In this document: one piece after another, positions 53,422 to 64,000 of the stretch
Layout: each line of letters starts with the position of its first letter
How positions within the stretch are numbered: position 1 is the first letter of the stretch
Assembly: GCA_904063045.1 (NCBI GenBank)
Contig: CAJFCJ010000007.1
Coordinates: forward strand, 3,355,404 to 3,419,403
DNA from: Dimorphilus gyrociliatus
Taxonomy: Eukaryota > Animalia > Annelida
Length of the DNA stretch: 64,000 nt
Direction of reading: 5' to 3'
The notes under the pieces: generated by a model
Seen by the model: only the letters and a program-made list of their open reading frames with translations
The model's database searches: none
Told to the model about the DNA's origin: nothing
Position numbers and translations under genes: made by a program

Positions 53422-56400
53422 CTAGTAATCCGTGAAAGCGTTACATAATCTCTTCCTTAGTAGAGTAAGTCTTTGAGATTTCCTTCCGACCCTGGGGGTA
53501 AGTTCCAGATTGAAAGCCAAAGGTGGACTAGCTGTGCTATGCCTATTAAAATTTCGTCTTTCTTTAATCAATTCGCAAGCGTCTTTCATAAATTGTGGCG
53601 TAGGCCTACTTTTGGAAGCATTCAACCAAAATGTTTGAATAGGGCCTTTACCCTTAACGTCTGTAGCACCACGACTAATTATCGAATAATCAGACGCATT
53701 TTTAGCTTCCATTAGAGCCTCTGCAGTAGTTGAACTTATATGAGCTTTTGACGCTTCACCCGTAGATTCCATTCTAGACGCTAAATTGACCGTATCACCA
53801 TAAATGGTATAGAATCTTCTCTCGCTACCAACTAAGGCCGCTATGCAAGGACCGGTACTAATTCCTATACGCAACTCGGCTCTAGCTCCATTTAATTGTG
53901 TCATTGAAGCGGCCTGAAACCATAATAGCAAATCAATGGCTGTATCGGCAGCAATGGATGCATGACGATCCGTTCTCTGTGGTAGACCACTAACATACAA
54001 ATGCATCTGTCGAATTGTATCAACGTGGTAGACTTTGTGACGACTCGTTACCTCGTCGAGTATGTCAAAGATGATATCCAACAGTTCTATCAAATCTGCC
54101 GGATGTCTTACTCTGGCGTTTAAAGCTGAGAAATTGCTTATATTCACGAAACATATTGTAGCCGAACTGAAATATTCAGGGGGGACGTCATCTTCGCTCA
54201 AAAGCCTCTCGACACAGGCCGACGGCATCATACGGGACAATAGTAATTTTGTTCTCGATTTCCCTTCTTCTAAATCTTTCATGCGTTGTTCTACTACGGT
54301 TTCCAGCAGTTCGTTATACCTTTGCATATTTTCAATTGACTCGGCGGTTGATTTCGTTCCGCTAATCATATCTAATGTCTCTTTCAATTCAGCAACTTTT
54401 GGTCTTCTATTCTTCTTCTCTCTCCAGCACCTTCTCATTATTCCCAAAAGACTGTACGGAGTGTCTTCTTGTAGATGATACCTAGCAATTTCCGGTCTGC
54501 AAAGGTATCTTTTCCTATCCGCCACCTTTCTAACAATTTCTTCATCGGTAAGCATCCCGAAGAAAGGTTTAGCGCAAAACGCAACTTCTTGGCAGATGAT
54601 ACCAAAGCTATAAATATCTCCCGCCTGAGTTCCGTTGCCCGTCTCCAACGACCTAAGTAATTCGGGAGCTCTCCAAACCCTATAATCAAATTCGCAAATT
54701 GTAGATCTTGACCTAGCCTCCTCCAAACCGTAGTCGCTAATTCGAATATTCCATTGTAGGTCTACAAGACAACAATGACTCGACAGCCTTCCGTGGCAAA
54801 TCAGATCAGTCGAATGTAAATAGCCTAAACCTTGTACAAGATTACGTAAAAAGGACAATTTTAAATGAGCATCAATAATTTTATATTCTAAGATTGTACT
54901 GAGACGTCCCTTCTGACAGAATTCGTATATTGCGCAGGCGTCACCAGATACTGAACTTATGCCGTAGAACGTTGCCAAATTATTGTGTCTTACGCGAATT
55001 AAGTCGTTCTCAACCCAATTATTTTCAATTATGGACATGGAACTTACTCCATGAATAGTGTCTGCCGTCACCCATAGATTCTTCGTTTGATAAAAATAAT
55101 AATTTGAATAGTTGGACCATTTTAGGCTTTCTCTTTTCGTATCGTAGAAAATCATTGACATGGAAGCGCCGAATATAGTACTGGCGGAAGTACCCATATT
55201 TTTATCATATGTATCCGATTCTTGCTCCTCCCCACGTCCCATTATAATTGCTAATAGTCTACGTAACCTTGCCCCTATGGAAACCATCTCCCGATTTTCT
55301 TCCATTTCATTTAACTCGTCGGCATTTAATATATCCGCTTGTATAAGATTTACGGAGTCAATTTTCCAAGGTGGGTCATCTTTTCCAGTCGATTTGGGAA
55401 TTCTTTCAAAAATCCATAGGATGATTCGACTCCTAAGTAGGAAAATCAGAATACAAATACCCAAAATAATTCCAACTAAAAAGGAAAAAAATGATGATTT
55501 ATCCTTATTCGAAATACACCCGCCCATTTCCCAATCATGTATACAAGAGGGAGACGGAAGAGAGGCATTCCATTCCTTAAATCCTTTCTTCTTTGTAGGA
55601 CTAATTTTATACGTATTCCTTAATTGATCATATGTAAATATCTGATACTCTTCCGCCTTAATATCGTCCTTTTCATAAAATCTTAACATTTGAAATTTTT
55701 TGATTACCCTAATAGAATCGACAAGATTGTAACTTGTTGGCCCTCTAGCGGATAACCTAGAAAATAATTTTGAATTCCTTAAACTGTTCAAGTCGTCGGC
55801 AATTTTCATTAGCTGACAAATAAAATCGGAAGCTTGATAGAGTGAATTTGATAAAGGGAGATTAATTTGGGGATTATTGTCATATTGAGAAGAGAGTATA
55901 TTCCCTCTATCGTGACGTTCGTTGTTGATTGAATAGACCTTATTAAATGACCAATTAATAATTAAAATTTTCCTTAAATCAATTCCAGAAATTGGTTTAA
56001 TCCCTTCGCCCATTAAATTTAGGTGTATAAAGGTAAAATGATTATCTTTAACTGCTGTAGACGCCCTTAAAACTTGATAGAGTAGTCTAGAACCTCCACA
56101 AATTAAAATCATTCGGCAATCCTTTTTAATAGAATTTAAGGTTTTTTTTAATAGGTTCACACTATTCTTCGATTTATCAACGACATCTCTATGGATTAGT
56201 ATTAATCCTTTCTTATAGAATCTTCTTAATTCTTTGTCGTCGTTGTTATAGTTACTCTGCTCGCACAACTCTTTATCTTCGAATAAAGAGAAACGATTCC
56301 AGCCTATATCTTTCATAAATCTCATAAAAACTGTAAAAAAGTACGGTATCGTAGGACCAATCTTAATAAAATCCCTTTCGTACAAGCCTACAGTTCCTGG

Positions 56401-56817
56401 AGCGATAGATACAAAAGGGATTTGTAGATATTTAAATAGAGGTGTCAAACGATAAGCTGTTCCACTTATAGGTAATCCAATAATAATATTAGCTTCATCC
56501 AAAGATGTGGAAGATAACAGTTTAGTTTTAATATATTTCATCGATTCTACGGAAGACCAATTCTTTGAAGAATGAACCAAAACCGTATACCTTGTCTTTA
56601 GGTTATCCTTATCAAAACAATTACTAAATGGGGAATAAGCTGCTAAAGTTGATATTCTATTTTTCAAATAGTTGGGTCTATCAACCATTAGGAAGATATT
56701 TATGCTAACATTTCCATATCCATATGTCCTTGTCATAATATTATTATTAGAATAATCATGATTACTCTTGGATGCTACTTTTAGAGTGTTAACATAGATT
56801 ATGAATATAAAAAACAT
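53422..56817 (-). CDS. Receptor-type guanylate cyclase-like protein with degenerate catalytic site, 1131 aa, apparently intronless
   Basis: Signal-like N-terminus, ANF-receptor-like ectodomain, TM FFSFLVGIILGICILIFLL, kinase-homology domain (HGRLSSHCCLVD..ISDYGL, GDIYSFGII), hinge coiled coil (NMQRYNELLETVVEQR) and cyclase domain (SGLP, RIGISTGP, GDTVNLASRMES, RG..DVKGKG). Confidence 0.93.
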   Translation of the reverse strand: MFFIFIIYVNTLKVASKSNHDYSNNNIMTRTYGYGNVSINIFLMVDRPNYLKNRISTLAAYSPFSNCFDKDNLKTRYTVLVHSSKNWSSVESMKYIKTKLLSSTSLDEANIIIGLPISGTAYRLTPLFKYLQIPFVSIAPGTVGLYERDFIKIGPTIPYFFTVFMRFMKDIGWNRFSLFEDKELCEQSNYNNDDKELRRFYKKGLILIHRDVVDKSKNSVNLLKKTLNSIKKDCRMILICGGSRLLYQVLRASTAVKDNHFTFIHLNLMGEGIKPISGIDLRKILIINWSFNKVYSINNERHDRGNILSSQYDNNPQINLPLSNSLYQASDFICQLMKIADDLNSLRNSKLFSRLSARGPTSYNLVDSIRVIKKFQMLRFYEKDDIKAEEYQIFTYDQLRNTYKISPTKKKGFKEWNASLPSPSCIHDWEMGGCISNKDKSSFFSFLVGIILGICILIFLLRSRIILWIFERIPKSTGKDDPPWKIDSVNLIQADILNADELNEMEENREMVSIGARLRRLLAIIMGRGEEQESDTYDKNMGTSASTIFGASMSMIFYDTKRESLKWSNYSNYYFYQTKNLWVTADTIHGVSSMSIIENNWVENDLIRVRHNNLATFYGISSVSGDACAIYEFCQKGRLSTILEYKIIDAHLKLSFLRNLVQGLGYLHSTDLICHGRLSSHCCLVDLQWNIRISDYGLEEARSRSTICEFDYRVWRAPELLRSLETGNGTQAGDIYSFGIICQEVAFCAKPFFGMLTDEEIVRKVADRKRYLCRPEIARYHLQEDTPYSLLGIMRRCWREKKNRRPKVAELKETLDMISGTKSTAESIENMQRYNELLETVVEQRMKDLEEGKSRTKLLLSRMMPSACVERLLSEDDVPPEYFSSATICFVNISNFSALNARVRHPADLIELLDIIFDILDEVTSRHKVYHVDTIRQMHLYVSGLPQRTDRHASIAADTAIDLLLWFQAASMTQLNGARAELRIGISTGPCIAALVGSERRFYTIYGDTVNLASRMESTGEASKAHISSTTAEALMEAKNASDYSIISRGATDVKGKGPIQTFWLNASKSRPTPQFMKDACELIKERRNFNRHSTASPPLAFNLELTPRVGRKSQRLTLLRKRLCNAFTDY

Positions 56818-56964
56818 GATAAAATAATAAATGGAGAAGAGAGAGAGAGAGAAGGGAAAGAGAAGATATGATAACTAATTCATCAATTCTTGAGAATTGT
56901 CAAAAAAAGTCTATTGTTGTTATTGTTGTCCTTAGTTTTCTATATATATATAGATATATATATA

Positions 56965-57006
<42 letters not shown>

Positions 57007-57166
57007 CATACAACTACACAAGCAGTGGTATATACTTTCATTCATACATATATTTGAATATTTATATATTCATGTTTACATCTTCATTGTATATAAATAA
57101 TATTAAATCTAAATAAAAGTCATAGGCTAGGTTTTAATAGGCTTTATTAATTCAACAGCCTACTCT

Positions 57167-57231
57167 CCTTAGTTACATCGCTAGGTTATCTGCGCATGCG
57201 TTTGTGTTGATTAGCAACGACAGTTAGCAAC
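57167..57231. promoter_or_regulatory. Shared divergent promoter of the rGC-like gene and CFAP20a, with RFX (X-box) half-sites and an NRF1 site
   Basis: CCTTAGTTAC 57167-57176, TGCGCATGCG 57191-57200 (NRF1 consensus), GTTGATTAGCAAC 57206-57218 and GTTAGCAAC 57223-57231. Further CTTAGTAAC 57452-57460 and CTTAGCAAC 57465-57473 lie in CFAP20a intron 1. Confidence 0.6.
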
Positions 57232-57320
57232 GACTACAGTGGCTACCGTCATTAAACCTTTAGATACTGTAAAGGACAGGAGTTAAATTTGTAAGAGGAA
57301 AGAGGAACTTTAAGTGGAAG

Positions 57321-58350
57321 ATGTTCAAGAATACATATCAATCGGGCTTTCTTTCAATTCTCTATTCAATAGGACAGAAACCACTACAAATTTGGGAGAG
57401 GAAGGTAAGAGAAAAAAGCCGGTTTTGCTTCTATATACATATACTAGCGTGCTTAGTAACACGACTTAGCAACGACCGCACGTGCATTTATTACTATTTA
57501 ATAGATGTTAATTGACTAATTATAACTATTAACTAGGTACGAAATGGACATATTAAAAGAATTACAGACCAGGATATTCAATCTCTAGTTTTAGACATTG
57601 TTGGAACAAACGTTAGGTATGCATCATTCCACTTTCCTTCGTTTCATTCTTATTTCTCTTCTTTCCTTTTATACTTTAATTTTATTACGACTATTCCTTC
57701 TCTTAGTCTCTTAGTCATTCTCTCTCTCTCGCTCTTTCTATGTCATTTCATTTCTACTTCCTAATTTGAGTTCATTAATATTCATACTTCCCTTTACAGT
57801 ACAACTTACATCACTTGTCCGGCTGACAATAAAAAGACGCTTGGTATAAAACTGCCTTTTCTAGTGATGATAATCAAGAACCTAAAAAAGTACTTTACCT
57901 TTGAAGTTCAGGTAAATAACGAATATTTTTGTCTCAAATGAATAAAATATAATACCAACCTTTTTCTCAGGTGCTAGACGATAAGAATGTTAGACGACGA
58001 TTCAGGGCCAGTAATTATCAAAGTACTACCCGAGTAAAACCATTCATTTGCACTATGCCAATGAGATTGGATGACGGATGGAATCAAATTCAATTTAATC
58101 TATCAGATTTTACCAGAAGGGCTTACGGAACGAACTACATAGAGACACTTAGAGTACAGGTAAATAAATTGAATAATTTCTCTTCCTCCCCTTCAATCCC
58201 TTAAAATAAAATTCATAATTTTTTTGTTTCAAATAGATTCACGCAAATTGCCGAATCCGACGTGTCTACTTTTCAGATAGATTGTATTCGGAAGATGAAT
58301 TACCAGCCGAATTTAAATTATTCCTTCCCGTTAATCAACCAAAGTCATGA
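57321..58350 (+). CDS. CFAP20: Cilia- and flagella-associated protein 20 (Bug22/FAP20), copy a, 192 aa, 5 exons
   Basis: Exons 57321-57404, 57537-57616, 57800-57911, 57971-58159 and 58237-58350. Protein [28 protein letters not shown]|[10 protein letters not shown]...[37 protein letters not shown]. Confidence 0.97.
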
Positions 58351-59072
58351 ACATTTAGACAAACAAAACATTAAATGAGCAAAAACAACCTCTAAAAATA
58401 TTTTTTTCAAATTTTTATTTGTAAATAATAATGGCCATAAAATATTTTGTATGAATGAAAACTCTCTCTATCACTGAATGCGTTAATTTGTAATGTTTAT
58501 GTCTCTTACTGCTGTTAAAATATATGAATATATTTATATTAATTATAATATATGTTATATATTTCATATATTAATTCTTTCAAAAAAAAACACACACACA
58601 AAAGGTCAACCTTTTTATTTATTTTTACTTTAATTCTTTGTTTGTTATGAGAATGGAAAGTGTACTTCTTTTTTTTTTTTTTCAAAATTGTTCGTCTGCT
58701 AGAAAGAAAAAATAACAACAAACATGTGGCTATTAATTTATTATTATTATTATTATTACTGATATTAATTACACTTATATGAATATGCATGTCCTTAGGT
58801 TTATAAACCGAAAATGATATAATACAATATTTTTTTTAAAAAAAAATATGATAAACAATATGAAAAATGTTTGTCTTTTTCTTTTATTATATAAAAAAAA
58901 TGAAAAGAATAAGAATAAGCAGAAGAAGAAGAAGAAGAAGAAGAAGAAAAGAGGAAAAACAGAACAGTTTGTTTTGATAATAATGGTAATACTTATGGCG
59001 GGAAAAAAAAAGAGAATATATTAATAGAATGATTAAAATATCCTAACCCAATTAGGCGTGATCATGCCAACT

Positions 59073-60651
59073 CTACCTATCCATTGATTCGTGATGTCTA
59101 GTCCCGATGGACGACCTCTTAAACTTTTTAAAAGCTCCCCTTATATCTGTCGATTTCCTCTTGGAGAAGCGTCGCTTTTCGGTACTCTTTCCCTTCAACG
59201 ATAGAGTTGCCCAATTATCTTCTGTGCTAAAGTTAGGAACGACAGTTTTGTTAGCATAGTCTCTAGCGGAACATTCGGGCATATCCTGTATCGGTATTGT
59301 ATCGTGAAAGTCTGAATAATCAATTCTGTAGCGGCAGTTAAACTTTTGATAAGTGATTAAAGGTTTGAGCTTGTGTCCCCAAAGAATTTCTCCCGGTAGA
59401 TAGGAAGTTCTTACTTGTGCAGTCATTCCCGATGCCTCGATAGTTCCCTCTTGAATAGGAAGAAAAGAAATCAAATTTCATCGCTATGCTTGATTATAAA
59501 CTATTGATAGACTAACCTAGAATGACGACCAACTCGAAACATTCTTCAAGAATGCTATCAGCGCTGAGATTAAAGAGAGGCGATTCGCTAGTTATCTTAT
59601 GAATAATATTGCAAGGCCACCCTAAAAATATTGAATTATCATCGGAATTTTCGGAGAGCATATGAAGAGTTTCCTGTTTAATTGGAACGTTTTCTCCATT
59701 ATCCGACCGTTTATTCCGAAGTAGAAGACCTTTGACGGATGCGGCTATAAAGTGTTGATTTCTCATATCTCCCATTCTAAAGATGAGACAATAGATTCCA
59801 TCTCGAAAGCAAATAACTGCCCTCTCCGAAAACATAATTGTTTCACCTCTACGCTTTGGCCTTGACAATTTGGCGAATATTAAACCAGTAAATAATGACT
59901 GAACTAGTAAACCAAAGCAGGATTGAAGACATAATGATATAATGGCAAAACGACATTTGGTATTAATAACCCTTCTCCCATAACCAATTGTATGTTGAGT
60001 TTCAATAGAAAATAAGAATGCGGAAGTGAAATCGTTAACGTATTGAACGCAGGCAGCCTCCAAATCTTCATCATTGTCGAATTTCCTATTAGTGTCTCCA
60101 TTTGCTAAGGCAATTAGAAACCAATCAACCGCAAAGATTAAGAATGAAGACAACAATACAAATATGCATATTAATAGTGTATAAGTCCATTGCATATCTA
60201 ATAAAGTTGTAAAAATGTCTAAAATAAACCTAAAGCTCTTCTCGGGTACATTCGTATAGGCTAAATTACATTCACCATTTTTATGCACAAGCCTCTCTTT
60301 GTGCCTATTTGCCCAGAGCCTGGCTCTAGTCATCATTGAATTTACCATAAGAGAATTCTCAGGCGTATTCAATTCTATTTTATTGTCATTATCATTATCG
60401 TTTGTTGTTGCCTCAAATTGATCTCTTTCTAATCTGCTTTTCGAAGTATTTCCTCTTTTGAAAAATTTACCAAGCGTTGAACTAGCAGGTTTCTGGGATA
60501 AATCATATTTTAATGGCTTTACTATTAAATCATCCTCTCCGTTTACGCTTTGATTATCTACAATACAAGTATTTAACTGGTCTGAATCATTGTTATCGCA
60601 AGGCTTTTTTAGGTTCGTCACGCTTCCTTTCCCTTTACACGACTGTAACAT
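59073..60651 (-). CDS. Inwardly rectifying potassium channel (Kir), about 503 aa, 2 coding exons
   Basis: Exons 60651-59517 and 59449-59073 (67-nt intron in VVIL E|GTIE). Motifs: RLVHKNGECN, DIFTTLLDMQW, SAFLFSIETQHTIGYG (selectivity filter), AKLSRPKRR and ARTSY-like VRTSYLPGEILWGH. Confidence 0.96.
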
Positions 60652-61129
60652 TGTATTTTTCTACAGGTAAACTTTCTTTCTTTGAGTACAATAAAAGTGT
60701 TTCAAAATACCGCCATTTCAAAAAAATAGCATGGTTAGTAATCCGATTTTTAAAATCTATAATATTGAAAAAATTCATACAGGTACACGGCTAATGTTTG
60801 AGGAAAGTAGTACCAAATAGTACCTTAGCAATGACTTGTATAAATTGAAAATTCAATTTCAAAATTATTCAAATGCTATTGAATTCGACTTAAATATATA
60901 AAATACACAAAATTTCGTTTGCTTTTTAACTTAAAGCTTTCGAAAATAATAGCGTATTTTGAAAAGCTGAGGCCGTATAACTCCCACTATCAGTAATCGT
61001 ACGCTCGCCTTGGAGACATGCCGATTTAGTATCTATGATGCTGTTTTAGCGCCTTCTGGAAAAAAAGTTTCTATATCTACAACAATTAGCTACTTATTGC
61101 AGACCGGTTCTTCTTTCAAATAGCACACC

Positions 61130-62043
61130 ATGTTCAAGAACACGTTCCAAAGTGGATTCTTGTCTATACTCTACAGCATTGGCAGTAAACCCTTGCAGAT
61201 TTGGGATAAGAAAGTAAGTATCTCTTCATATGATGGGCTATAACAAGCGTATAGTTTGTCTATTAATGTATTATTAGTTTCCGTATTGTAAATACGTAAA
61301 CAACGCCTAAAAACTTTCAATTTGTTTTTACGAAAAGGGTGTATAGTAGGGATGGGAGATGTTCATTGTAACCATAGTAACTCTGTTGACATTTTCCAGG
61401 TTCGGAACGGACACATCAAGAGAATTACTGATAATGACATACAATCACTCGTTTTGGAAATTGTAGGAACTAACGTTAGGTAAGCGACCTGCTCCAGTTT
61501 TGACTTACTCTTACCAAAAAAAAATTCTTATGTTACCCTTAATATACTATAGCACGACATACGTCACGTGCCCGGCTTGCCCGAAAAAGACGCTTGGCAT
61601 AAAGTTGCCTTTCCTCGTTATGATAATAAAGAATTTGAAGAAGTACTTTACGTTCGAGGTTCAGGTGCTAGACGACAAGAGTGTAAGAAGGAGGTTTAGG
61701 GCGAGCAACTATCAAAGTACAACTCGCGTCAAACCGTTCATTTGTACAATGCCCATGAGACTGGACGATGGCTGGAACCAGATTCAATTTAATTTATCCG
61801 ATTTTACTCGTCGAGCGTACGGAACCAACTACATAGAAACGTTAAGAGTGCAGGTATAAATTGAATATTTACCGTTAATGTATACTTTAGATAAAATATT
61901 AGTAATTTTTGTTTGTCGATTTGCAGATACACGCTAACTGCCGCATTCGTCGAGTCTACTTCTCTGACCGCCTTTACTCGGAGGATGAATTACCAGCCGA
62001 ATTTAAACTGTACTTACCCGTACAACAGCAACAAAGAAAGTAA
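61130..62043 (+). CDS. CFAP20: Cilia- and flagella-associated protein 20, copy b, 193 aa, 4 exons
   Basis: Exons 61130-61213, 61400-61479, 61553-61853 and 61927-62043. Protein [28 protein letters not shown]|[15 protein letters not shown]...[14 protein letters not shown]. Confidence 0.97.
61368..61381 (+). promoter_or_regulatory. RFX X-box in CFAP20b intron 1
   Basis: GTAACCATAGTAAC is a full match to the 14-bp X-box consensus RTHNYYWTRRNRAC. Confidence 0.6.
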
Positions 62044-62379
62044 TAATACACGCGCTACTAAAGACTTGATTTATCTTCATTGTTTAATAGTGTTAACTGC
62101 ATTGGCAGTTATATATACCTATAGCCGTGTCATCCGAGAAAAGTCCATATTTTATTATTTTTACGAATATACATAACGAAATAACTAAAACAGCCACAAG
62201 TATCGCCGAATACAGTTTTATATTCCAAAAAGAAATCAATTTGGAGTAACAAACGGAGAAACAATATCGCAAACACAAGCTTACACAATAATTTAACTGT
62301 TCTTTTTTTAAATCTGATTTCTTTAATCGTCCAGTTATACAAATACGACGAAGTGGCTCTCTTTTTTTTTTTTCACTTT

Positions 62380-63999
<1,620 letters not shown>

Positions 64000-64000
64000 G

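Noticed and set aside
53760-53850. Horizontal transfer of a bacterial class IIIb adenylyl cyclase segment (GSERRFYTIYGDTVNLASR)
   Set aside because: The surrounding ectodomain-TM-kinase-homology-hinge architecture and the SGLP and RG..VKGKG motifs are animal receptor-GC type, so divergence or convergence is simpler.
57321-62043. CFAP20 pair as an assembly or haplotype duplication
   Set aside because: The copies differ at many synonymous sites, in intron sequences, in intron number and in flanking genes.

Overview
This is eukaryotic, AT-rich, microsatellite-rich DNA from a gene-dense metazoan. Most introns are 58-90 nt GT-AG. A compact lophotrochozoan such as a miniature annelid fits, but that is inference only. 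I found no prokaryotic features, CRISPR arrays, rRNA, tRNA or recognisable transposons. I reconstructed about 13 protein-coding genes by hand from splice sites and reading-frame phase. In order: ZFHX3/4 (zfh2; 7 coding exons, 4 homeodomains, about 2537 aa); an orphan coiled-coil protein; a small CaaX-prenylated protein; an unrecognised neuropeptide precursor; a peptide-type GPCR; a LIAT1-domain protein; a divergent ANTP/NK-like homeobox gene; a divergent cytohesin; a Niban/FAM129-like protein; an intronless receptor guanylate cyclase-like protein with a degenerate active site; two CFAP20 paralogues flanking a Kir channel; and CK2 alpha. Most interesting: (1) the receptor pseudo-cyclase, which lacks both metal-binding Asp but keeps the transition-state Asn/Arg; (2) an RFX-motif-marked cluster pairing duplicated CFAP20 genes head-to-head with that pseudo-cyclase and the Kir channel; (3) a stop-free 60-nt intron at the cytohesin di/tri-glycine switch; (4) a possibly novel neuropeptide gene next to an orphan GPCR; (5) a candidate prenylated AKAP/PP1 mini-scaffold. 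All family assignments and motif matches are from memory and by eye; no searches were run.
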